This document shows, piece after piece, positions 52,965 through 64,000 of a stretch of 64,000 bases of DNA (position 1 is the first letter of the stretch; each line of letters opens with the position of its first letter). A program made the position numbers and the translations under genes. This stretch comes from Macrostomum lignano (Eukaryota): assembly GCA_002269645.1 (NCBI GenBank), contig NIVC01001613.1:1-64000 (forward strand), in the 5' to 3' direction. The notes under the pieces are model-generated. The model saw nothing but the letters and a program-made list of their open reading frames with translations, did not search any database and was not told where the DNA came from.

Positions 52965-54900
52965 TCTATAATCAATACCCAGTCTTTAATGTACACTCAA
53001 TGATCAATACCCAGTCCCCTAATATAGACTCAATGATCAATTCCCTAATGTACACTCAATGATTAATACCCAGTCTCCTAATGTACACTCAATGATCAAT
53101 ACCCCAGTCCCCAATGTACACTCAATGATCAATACCCCAGTCCCCAATGTACACTCAATGATCAATACCCCAGTCCCCAATGTACACTCAATTATCAATA
53201 CCCCAGTCCCCAATGTACACTCAATTATCAATACCCCAGTCCCCAATGTACACTCAATTATCAATACCCCAGTCCCCAATGTACACTCAATGATCAATTC
53301 CCCAGTCCGCAATGTACACTCAATGATCAATACCCCAGTGCCTAATGTACACTCAATGATCAATACCCCAGTGCCTAATGTACACTCAATTATCAATACC
53401 CCAGTCCCCAATGTACACTCAATTATCAATACCCCAGTCCCCAATGTACACTCAATTATCAATACCCCAGTCCCCAATGTACACTCAATTATCAATACCC
53501 CAGTCCGCAATGTACACTCAATGATCAATACCCCAGTGCCTAATGTACACTCAATGATCAATACCCCAGTGCCTAATGTACACTCAATTATCAATACCCC
53601 AGTGCCTAATGTACACTCAATGATCAATACCCCAGTGCCTAATGTACACTCAATGATCAATACCCCAGTGCCTAATGTACACTCAATTATCAATACCCCA
53701 GTCCCCAATGTACACTCAATTATCAATACCCCAGTCCCCAATGTACACTCAATTATCAATACCCCAGTGCCTAATGTACACTCAATGATTAATACCCCAG
53801 TGCCTAATGTACACTCAATTATCAATACCCCAGTGCCTAATGTACACTCAATTATCAATACCCCAGTCCCCAATGTACACTCAATTATCAATACCCCAGT
53901 CCCCAATGTACACTCAATTATCAATACCCCAGTCCCCAATGTACACTCAATTATCAATACCCCAGTCCGCAATGTACACTCAATGATCAATACCCCAGTG
54001 CCTAATGTACACTCAATGATCAATACCCCAGTGCCTAATGTACACTCAATTATCAATACCCCAGTGCCTAATGTACACTCAATGATCAATACCCCAGTGC
54101 CTAATGTACACTCAATGATCAATACCCCAGTGCCTAATGTACACTCAATTATCAATACCCCAGTCCCCAATGTACACTCAATTATCAATACCCCAGTCCC
54201 CAATGTACACTCAATTATCAATACCCCAGTGCCTAATGTACACTCAATGATTAATACCCCAGTGCCTAATGTACACTCAATTATCAATACCCCAGTGCCT
54301 AATGTACACTCAATTATCAATACCCCAGTCCCCAATGTACACTCAATTATCAATACCCCAGTCCCCAATGTACACTCAATTATCAATACCCCAGTCCCCA
54401 ATGTACACTCAATTATCAATACCCCAGTCCGCAATGTACACTCAATGATCAATACCCCAGTGCCTAATGTACACTCAATGATCAATACCCCAGTGCCTAA
54501 TGTACACTCAATTATCAATACCCCAGTGCCTAATGTACACTCAATTATCAATACCCCAGTGCCTAATGTACACTCAATGATTAATACCCCAGTGCGTAAT
54601 GTACACTCAATGATCAATACCCCAGTGCCTAATGTACACTCAATTATCAATACCCCAGTGCCTAATGTACACTCAATGATCAATACCCCAGTGCCTAATG
54701 TACACTCAATTATCAATACCCCAGTGCCTAATGTACACTCAATTATCAATACCCCAGTGCCTAATGTACACTCAATTATCAATACCCCAGTGCCTAATGT
54801 ACACTCAATGATCAATACCCCAGTGTCTAATGTACACTCAATGATTAATACCCCAGTGCCTAATGTACACTCAATGATCAATACCTCGTCCCCAATGTAC
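52965..54900. repeat. 33-bp tandem repeat AATGTACACTCAATGATCAATACCCCAGTCCCC
   Basis: About 58 copies; source of the 629/635-aa pseudo-ORFs on opposite strands. Confidence 0.97.
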
Positions 54901-55129
54901 AAGCAAACTGCTAAAACTAATTCCATTGTTCTACATCAAAGTTATGTATCAATTTCAGCCATTTAGATCGCCAGCGCAACCAAACCCGTTCTAAGCTGCA
55001 TTCGAAGCAGCGCGGGAAATTCCTAGAATTTTCTATTCCAAGAATTGACAGCAAAAAAATAGAAAATCCAGCAACAGAACAGTGAGCTGAACACACACGC
55101 AATTTTAATCGCTTTCTATTGATATTTTT

Positions 55130-58100
55130 ATGCTGCGTAAGCATTGCTCTGGTAGCAAGCAGCAGCCGCCGCGGCAGCAGTTGTTGTCGCTTAAGAAAAT
55201 TCCTAATCGAAATAGAAAACGTTCTGCTTTGAAAAAGCAGAAGAGATCTGCCCGGTTAGTGGCAACAACTTATCTGGACTTGGAGCGTCCGAAATCAATT
55301 TGTACGAAATCGTTTCGTCAGGCTCTTCTCCAAGCGATTGGCAGTTCCGACTCTATTAATAATAATAGTAATTACGCTAACAATAATTCATCCGCCAGAG
55401 GCTACTATCGGCAGTTAGTAGTATATTGCGAGCGTTGCGGCAGTTTAGGCGTAGAATTAGCCACCTGCAATTTGTGCGGCCGCTATTTGCCAATGCCGGC
55501 AGTTGCAACCAAATCTGATAACAAGGCCGGTATGATTAGCGCTACTACTGCTAAACGAAAGTCTGCCACCCCTGCCGTTGCTGCTGCTTCGTCCTCGTCT
55601 TCTGTTGCTGCTGCTGCTTCTAGTAGCGCATCTGCTTCAGTGCATCCCGCCTCGTCTTCTCCTACTAAGTCGCCTATTGTGGCCGCTGCCCAGCATAGAC
55701 AGTCACAGCGGCCATCAGGTCAGCTCGGTGCTGTCCCACCCAGCTGTCTGCAGACTGGCGCCGCTCTGTCGGCTGATATCCAACGATTCTTAGCGTCGCG
55801 TAGCGCCTCTATTCGAGTGTCTGCAGCATCTTCTGCATCGTTTGTAGCGGCGAGTTCATTGAACAATCGGCTGCCGGCACCACCAGCTTCGGCTGCTGTT
55901 GCTGTAGCGAAAACTTCTGTACCTCGTGTAGCTTCTGTACAGCGCCAACTCGTTAGCGTTGGAGGGTAATTAATTTTTAGTTCTATTGTTTATAGGGTTT
56001 AAAATCACAGTTTACTTAATCACAGATTTGTCGTGACCAGAAACGCTAGAGAGTCATTGCAAGCAGCTCACTAGTGACTCAGCGACTCTGGGCCATGACT
56101 CTTGTAACTTTTTTAACGATTCAAACGACTGTAGTGCGATGGAGTGGCGACTGTTAAGTCACGATCGCGCATCACGTGAGTTGCAGAATCGTAAAAGAGC
56201 CGTATTTAGCAAAAGTTGTTATAACTAGATGACGAGGCATTTAGCCTTGTTAATTCGGTCATAGTTACTCCTGCCGTTTACCCTAAATCACTAATTTATG
56301 GTTTCTTACATAGGTAAGTCGCATTTTTTGGTCAAAAAGTAAGCCGGGCCGGTAATTAAGTAAGTAGGCCGATGTAAATAAATCAAGGGGTTGCGCATGT
56401 ATGATAAAGTACAATAAAAAAGTACATTTCGTACTTTTATAAAAAATCAATGAAAAATCAGAAAGACCGCAAAAAATTAATTAATAATTAAACATTAACA
56501 TTAATAGCGATTTAGATGCAACTCAGCAATTCTGGCACGCCTCAGACACGCCTCAGACACGACTCTACGGCCCCAGAGTCATTGGCCTCATCGCCTCAAA
56601 TAGACTTTTTTTGGCGACTTTTACCGTCTTGTACTAGTATCAAACTTTAATACAATGGGATCCATCTTTTAAACAATCCCATTTTTTATCCAGTTCTTTT
56701 TTCTTACTAATTTTATTCGCAGAAAAATTAATCTACAGAAGAAAAGTGACGCCGTGGCTTCAGCTGCTGCAAAATCTTTACCAGCTTTTAACAAGCCAGT
56801 GAGTAGCTCCGGGTTCTGCAGTAAGCGGCCTCGCTTAGAGGCACCAGCCACTTTGCCAGCATCGCAGTCTCGGCTGCCACTGCCGACTCCGGCAGCACCT
56901 CCGGCAGCTCGACCGTCAATGAGCAGCTCTTCAAATCAGTCGCTGCTAGGCAGTCCTGTTGTTGAGATGCCCCTGGATCAGGTGTGCATCGGCAATTCCG
57001 CTTTTCAGAAAGTCGACCCGCCGCATAACCTGTTGAAGGTAGGCTAATCAGCGTCAAGGGAATAATTATTGGGGAATCTTTGACAGGGAATTGCCTGGGG
57101 AATGTTTAGTGTGTAATTTACCTGGAAAATCTATGATAGGGAATTCACCTGGGGAATCTTTGATGAGGAATTCACCTGGGAACTCTGATGAGGAATTCAG
57201 TCCCTAGGGAATCTTTGTTTGGGAATTCACCTGGGGAATCTTTGATGGGGTATTTACTTGGGAAATCTTTGATGGGGATTCACCTGGGGAATATTTGATT
57301 GGTAATTCACTTAGGGAATCTTTGATTGGTAATTCACTTGGGGAATATTTGATTGGTAATTCACTTGGGGAATCTTTGATTGGTAATTCACTTGGGGAAT
57401 ATTTGATTGGTAATTCACTTGGAGAAACTTTGATTGGTAATTCACTTGGGGAATCTTTAATTGGTAATTCACTTGGGGAATCTTTGATTGGTAATTCACT
57501 TGGGGAATCTTTGATTGGTAATTCACTTGGGGAATATTTGATTGGTAATTCACTTGGGGAATCTTTGATTGGTAATTCACTTGGGGAATCTTTGATGGGA
57601 GATTCACTTGGGGAATCTTTGGGAGATTCACCTGGGCAATCCTTGATGGATAATTCACCTGGGGAATCTTAGGTGGGTAATTCACCAGGGGAATCTTTGA
57701 TTGGGAATTAACCTGATAGATTTTTGATGGTTAATTCACGTGGGGAATCTTTGATGAGGAATTTACCTGAAAATCTTTAATGAGGAACTCACCTGGGGAG
57801 TCTTTGATTGGGAATTCACCTGATAGATCTTTGATGGGTAATTCACCAGGGGAATCTTTGATTGGGAATTAACCTGATAGATCTTTGATGGGTAATTCAC
57901 CAGGGGAATCTTTGATGGGTAATTCACCAGGGGAATCTTTGATGGGTAATTCACCAGTGGAATATTTGATGGGTAATTCACCAGGGGAATCTTTGATGGG
58001 TAATTCAATTCACCAGGGGAATCTTTGATGGGTAATTCACCAGTGGAATATTTGATGGGTAATTCACCAGTAGAATATTTGATTGGGAATTAACCTGATA

Positions 58101-61100
58101 GATCTTTGATGGGTAATTCACCAGGGGGATCTTTGATGGGTAATTCACCAGAGGAATCTTTCATGAGTAATTCACTAGGGGAATCTTTGATAAGTAATTC
58201 ACCAGGGGAATCTTTGATGGGTAATTCAATTCACCAGGGGAATCTTTGATGGGTAATTCACCAGTGGAATATTTGATGGGTAATTCACCAGTGGAATATT
58301 TGATTGGGAATTAACCTGATAGATCTTTGATGGGTAATTCACCAGGGGGATCTTTGATGGGTAATTCACCAGAGGAATCTTTGATGGGTAATTCACCAGG
58401 GGAATCTTTGATGGGTAATTCACCAGTGGAATATTTGATGGGTAATTCACCAGAGGAATCTTTCATGGGTTATTCACCAGTGGAATATTTGATTGGGAAT
58501 TAACCTGATAGATCTTTGATGGGTAATTCACCAGTGGGATCTTTGATGGGTAATTCACCAGAGGAATCTTTGATGGGTAATTCACCAGGGGAATCTTTGA
58601 TGGGTAATTCACCAGTGGAATATTTGATGGGTAATTCACCAGAGGAATCTTTCATGGGTTATTCACCAGGGGAATCTTTGATTGGGAATTAACCTGATAG
58701 ATCTTTGATGGGTAATTCACCGGGGGGATCTTTGATGGTGGATTCACCTATGGAATGCCAATCTGAGCATCTGAATGTATTTCAATAATGAATAATTAAT
58801 TAATCCATCATTTAAGGTCTACCACGGCTTCACCCAGTTCAGTTTTCCTCGATCCAACAACTGCGCCAAGGCGCGTCGCCGGCGTCGACGCCGTCGTCGG
58901 CAGCAGCGCGGCTTCGATGACGACGATTTTGAAGACGAAGACGACGACGATTTTGCTGATGACGTCATCGATTCAGAAGAAGAAGACAACGACTACGACG
59001 ACATGGCCGACGACGATGACGATGACGATGAAGAAGAGGAGGCTGAAGTAGAGTACGCCCAGATTCACCTGCACCATGCCCAGATCAGCAAAGTGTCATT
59101 CGCCATCGAGCCAACCTGTTTCGTAGCGTTTCGCTTGAAATCGGCAGAGTTCAGTCGGCGAATCTGCTCGGAGGCCGGACTGCAGCCGGGCACCCTGTCG
59201 GCCGCCGAGACCCGCGATTTAGGCAAGAAGTGGATCGTGCTGGTGTCCGATAATGAGCGTGAAGGCGAGCTAAGAAAATTATTTGCATTCTATACAGATA
59301 AGAAGGCCGAGTCCCAGGCTAAATTTGATTTCGATTTGCAAAACTTGAATAAAGTCTCGGCTAGAGGCATGCTGGATCATTGCCAGCAGGGATTCTTCAA
59401 CGAGCTGCTCGGCTTGCCGCAACAACAGGCTTCGGCACCGGCAATGTCTTCAACTTTACAGCGGCTCCACAGCAGCTCCTCAACAGCTGAGCAGCAATTA
59501 GTTGTTCCAGCAATGCATCGTCTGCTTCCGCTGTTGCAACGTCTGCTTCTTCTGCTGCTAAATCTGCCGAACTGTACCAGAAGGTGGCGAACTCCAATCT
59601 GGCTATTGGTCTTCTTGTGCAACAGAAGCACAAGCAGCAGAACTCGTCTGTTGGTAATGGAACTGCGTCCCAACAAATTGACGCCTCTGCGATTGAGCCA
59701 TCGTCTCTGCAGGTGAGAAATTAGTTAAGAAAATTGGAAACGATGACTCAGTGGTGGGAGGCAACTGAAGACTCAGTGGGAGGGAACTGAAGACTCTGTG
59801 GGAGGGAACTGAAGACTGTGGGAGGGAACTGAAGACTGTGGGAGGGAACTGAAGACTGTGGGAGGGAATTGAAGACTCAGTAGGAGGGAACTGGAGACTC
59901 AGTAGGAAGGAACTAAAGAATCTGTGGGAGGGAACTAAAGAATCTGTGGGAGGGAACTAAAGAATCTGTGGGAGGGAACTAAAGAATCTGTGGGTGGGAA
60001 CTGAAGAATCTGTGGGAGGGAACTAAAGAATCTGTGGAAGGGAACTGAAGAATCTGTGGAAGGGAACTGAGGACTGTGTGGAAGGGAACTGAAGACTGTG
60101 TGGAGGGAACAGGACTCTGGATTACCCTAACGAAATTGTTTCAGAGCGAGTCGTCTCAGGAGCAGCGCCAGTTGTCAACAGCAACATCAGCATCGGCCCC
60201 GACATCGTCAGGAGCCGCTGACACAACCACCTCGAGCAGCAACAGCAAGCCGCCGCCCCGCCTCACTGGTCAGGTTATTGAGAAGTTCAGCTACTCACCT
60301 GGCGGCACAAACGGCATAACAATCACGAACGCGGATCTGATGTGCCTAAACCCGTGCGAGTACCTGAACGACGTGGCAATAGATTTCTATTTAAAGTACA
60401 TGTACCACGAGATGCTAACGCCGGAACAACGCAAGAGTACGCACATATTTAATTGTTTCTTTTTTAAACGGCTCAGTCAGAAACTGGACCCGCCGCCTGG
60501 GAAAGACGAATCAGCCGCTTCCTTGGCTATCCGTCGGCACGAGACAGTTGCCAAGTGGACTAGAAAAGTTGATTTATTCACTAAGGACTTTATTCTGATT
60601 CCTATCAATGAGAATTGTCATTGGTTCTTAGCCGTCATCTGCTTTCCCTGGATGGTTGGCATGGTGAATTATACAGGCAGCGCTGAGGCTCAAGTCAACA
60701 GCTTGCTGCCGTTCGACGTTCGAATGGCCAGCGACGGCACGCTTAGAATGCCGTGCGTGCTCATGTTCGACAGCTTGATGGGCAGCACCCGAAGTCCGAA
60801 CGTGCTGGCTATTAGAGAGTGAGTCACGTGACATTGTGTGTTCTTGCTCGGAGCTTGCTTGGTCACTATAACAGCTGTTGCAGTGTCTGGGTTGGGGCTG
60901 TTCAGGTGCCTGAGTGGGGGCTGTTGCAGTGTCTGAGTGGGGGCTGTTGCAGTGTCTGAGTGGGGGCTGTTGCAGTGTCTGGGTTGGGGCTGTTCAGGTG
61001 CCTGAGTGGGGGCTGTTGCAGTGTCTGAGTGCGGGCTGTTGCAGTGTCTGGGTTGGAGCTGTTGCAGTGTATGAGTGGGGGCTGTTGCAGTGTCTGAGTG

Positions 61101-63455
61101 GGGGCTGTTGCAGTGTCTGGGTTGGGGCTGTTCAGGTGCCTGAGTGGGGCTGTTGCAGTGTCTGAGTGGGGGCTGTTGCAGTGTCTGGGTTGGGGCTGTT
61201 CAGGTGCCTGAGTGGGGGCTGTTGCAGTGTCTGAGTGGGGGCTGTTGCAGTGTCTGGGTTGGGGCTGTTCACGTGCCTGAGTGGGGGCTGTTGCAGTGTC
61301 TGAGTGGGGGCTGTTGCAGTGTCTGGGTTGGAGCTGTTGCAGTGTCTGAGTGGGGGCTGTTGCAGTGTCTGAGTGGGGCTATTGCAGTGTCTGAGTGGGG
61401 GCTGTTGCAGTGTCTGGGTTAGAGCTGTTGCAGTGTCTGAGTGGGGGCTGTTGCAGTGTCTGAGTGGGGGCTGTTGCAGTGTCTGAGTGGGGGCTGTTGC
61501 AGTGTCTGGGTTAGAGCTGTTGCAGTGTCTGAGTGGGGGCTGTTGCAGTGTCTGAGTGGGGGCTGTTGCAGTGTCTGAGTGGGGCTGTTGCAGTGTCTGA
61601 GTGGGGGCTGTTGCAGTGTCTGAGTGGGGGCTGTTGCAGTGTCTGAGTGGGGGCTGTTGCAGTGTCTGGGTTAGAGCTGTTGCAGTGTCTGAGTGGGGGC
61701 TGTTGCAGTGTCTGGGTTGGAGCTGTTGCAGTGTATGAGTGAGGGCTGTTGCAGTGTCTGGGTTAGAGCTGTTGCAGTGTCTGAGTGGGGGCTGTTGCAG
61801 TGTCTGAGTGGGGGCTGTTGCAGTGTCTGAGTGGGGGCTGTTGCAGTGTCTGAGTGGGGGCTGTTGCAGTGTCTGGGTTAGAGCTGTTGCAGTGTCTGAG
61901 TGGGGGCTGTTGCAGTGTCTGAGTGGGGGCTGTTGCAGTGTCTGAGTGGGGGCTGTTGCAGTGTCTGAGTGGGGGCTGTTGCAGTGTCTGAGTGGGGGCT
62001 GTTGCAGTGTCTGGGTTAGAGCTGTTGCAGTGTCTGAGTGGGGGCTGTTGCAGTGTCTGGGTTGGAGCTGTTGCAGTGTATGAGTGAGGGCTGTTGCAGT
62101 GTCTGGGTTAGAGCTGTTGCAGTGTCTGAGTGGGGGCTGTTGCAGTGTCTGAGTGGGGGCTGTTGCAGTGTCTGAGTGGGGGCTGTTGCAGTGTCTGGGT
62201 TAGAGCTGTTGCAGTGTCTGAGTGGGGCTGTTGCAGTGTCTGGGTTAGAGCTGTTGCAGTGTCTGAGTGGGGCTGTTGCAGTGTCTGAGTTAGGGCTGTT
62301 TCAGCGGTTGATTGCAGTATCAATTCGAAACGTATTCAGTAAAAGTTAATTTGATTAATAAATCATTCAATCAAGATACCTGCAAGTCGAATGGGACATC
62401 AAAAAGAGATCAATGAAAGGTCCCAAAGTATTCGACAAGGAGACAATACGCGGCTATTGTCCGTGTGTGCCGCTGCAGCCCAACACTGTGGACTGCGGGC
62501 CGTACGTGCTGCACTACGCTGAGCTGTTTTTCAAACGGCCAGTTCGCGAGTTTACGCGCAACTATTTCCAGCTGGAGATGAGCAGCTGGTTTCGACAGGA
62601 AGAGATTAATCATAAACGGGCAGAGATACAGGTATATTTTTGTTGTGTGGACTGTCTTCTGTGAGATTTACATGTATGTATGCCTGTTTTGGGTGTCCAT
62701 GGCTCAGACAAGAAGGGTGTCCATGGCTCACTCAGTTTGGGTGTCCATGGCTCAAACAAGAAAGGTGTCCATGGCTCACTCAGTTTGGGTGTCCATGGCT
62801 CAGACAAAAAAGGTGTCCATGGCGAACAGGATGTGTGCATGGCCCAGTTAGGATGGGTGTCCATGGCCAATTTAAGATAGTTGTCAATGGCCCAGTTAAG
62901 ATAGGTGTCCATGGCCAATTTAAGATAGTTGTCAATGGCCCAGTTAAGATAGGTGTCAATGGCCCAGTTAAGATAGGTGTCCATGGCCCAGTTAAGATAG
63001 GTGTCCATGGCCCAGTTAAGATAGGTGTCCATGGCCCAGTTAAGATAGGTGTCCATGGCCCAGTTAAGATAAGTGTCCATGGCCCAGTTAAGATAGGTGT
63101 CCATGGCCCAGTTAAGATAGGTGTCCATGGCCCAGTTAAGATAGGTGTCCATGGCCCAGTTAAGATAGGTGTCCATGGCCCAGTTAAGATAGGTGTCCAT
63201 GGCCCAGTTAAGATAGGTGTCCATGGCCCAGATAAGATAGGTGTCCATGTCTCAGTTAAGATAGGTGTCCATGGCCCATACAAGGAAGTCCATAACTCCA
63301 CGCCCCCAAATCCGATCGCGCAGGACCTCATCGTGAGCCTAGCCAGGAAGAACAATGCCCTGGGCCCAGACGCGGCCGCTGCACTTGCCGCAGCTGCCGG
63401 TAACTCTGACGGCTCGTCCGTTGGCGGCTCTGCTTCGTCTTCGTTCTGCGCATAG
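55130..63455 (+). CDS. SENP6/7-like SUMO/sentrin-specific protease (peptidase C48), ~1000 aa. Exons 55130-55965, 56723-57038, 58817-59712 (frame conflict near 59450-59510), 60145-60818, 62376-62631, 63324-63455; N-terminus uncertain
   Basis: ITITNADLMCLNPCEYLNDVAIDFYLKY, HIFNCFFFKRL, WTRKVDLFTKDFILIPINENCHWFLAVIC, PCVLMFDSL, RE|YLQVEW, PLQPNTVDCGPYVL: catalytic His/Asp/Cys and the oxyanion Gln are present, with SENP6/7-type WFLAVIC. Candidate extra 5' exon 54967-55081. Confidence 0.85.
57060..58745. repeat. ~27-bp tandem repeat GGGTAATTCACCAGGGGAATCTTTGAT in SENP intron 2
   Basis: About 60 copies drifting through several variants. Confidence 0.93.
59745..60115. repeat. 20-22-bp tandem repeat GGGAGGGAACTGAAGACTGT in SENP intron 3
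   Basis: About 17 copies. Confidence 0.9.
60870..62305. repeat. 23-bp tandem repeat GGGGGCTGTTGCAGTGTCTGAGT in SENP intron 4
   Basis: About 62 copies. Confidence 0.95.
62685..63285. repeat. 24-bp tandem repeat GTGTCCATGGCCCAGTTAAGATAG in SENP intron 5
   Basis: About 23 copies, diverged at the 5' end. Confidence 0.93.
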
Positions 63456-64000
63456 ATAGTGCATCACCTTCAACTGGTTGATTGATTGATAGATCGAATT
63501 CCCACTTTCAATTTGCAAAAACAAACATGGCCTTGCCTTGAAGTTTGTATTTAAATTTGTTTATCCTTTAATTGGTTTTCCTTATAAATTTGTGCTGTAA
63601 ATTAGTCTGGCATGTTGTAAATGTATATTTCAATTTCAAATAATTTACTTCTAATGTAATTATCCTCCTGTTCAATTAATAAATAAGTTTGTATACGGCA
63701 ATCTTATCTTGTGTCTGATGCTCTACTGCTCATTGCTATTTATCAGTTATTTATTTAAATAAGAATCAGTCAGTCAGCACTCGTACTGGCTCATTCGTTC
63801 AATCGCGAATAGTAGCATTTAATACATTTAGCTGAGAGATTTACGAGTAATTCAAGCCTAAAAAACGCTAACATATTATTTAATTAATAATTCTTTTAGT
63901 TTTAGGAAGATATAATAAATATGTATATATCAGGTTTTTCGGTTATATTCTTTGCTTGAGTATTTGTCCTGCTTAACTACTACTAGTACTGTAAGATGCG

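Noticed and set aside
53037-54966. 629- and 635-aa ORFs on opposite strands
   Set aside because: A 33-bp unit without stops in those frames is trivially open; no domain signal and no codon-position bias in the variants.
62640-63455. 271-aa ORF at the end of the SENP gene
   Set aside because: Only 63324-63455 is exonic; the remainder is the 24-bp intron-5 repeat read in frame.

Overview
Eukaryotic (metazoan) genomic DNA: AT-rich background, GC-richer exons and GT-AG introns. I assembled seven protein-coding genes by hand from splice sites and reading-frame phase: a CSK-family tyrosine kinase (+), an ankyrin-repeat protein (-), then five co-oriented + strand genes: MKK3/6-like MAP2K, metaxin, FAF2/UBXD8, PEX11 and a SENP6/7-like SUMO protease. 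The dominant architecture is minisatellites: 17 of the 21 modelled introns carry their own private tandem array (16-48 bp units). In several arrays the unit is itself built from splice-site motifs; two arrays consist of head-to-tail GT...AG units. Also present: two tRNA-derived SINE families, a three-level nest of non-autonomous DNA transposons with readable TSDs, a decayed PHD-finger ORF, and sharply bounded CpG-depleted domains. The overall style suggests a flatworm such as Macrostomum, but that is inference only. The very long ORFs in the supplied track (600-700 aa) are repeat artefacts. No rRNA, functional tRNA or CRISPR array was found. All coordinates were read by eye and array edges are approximate.
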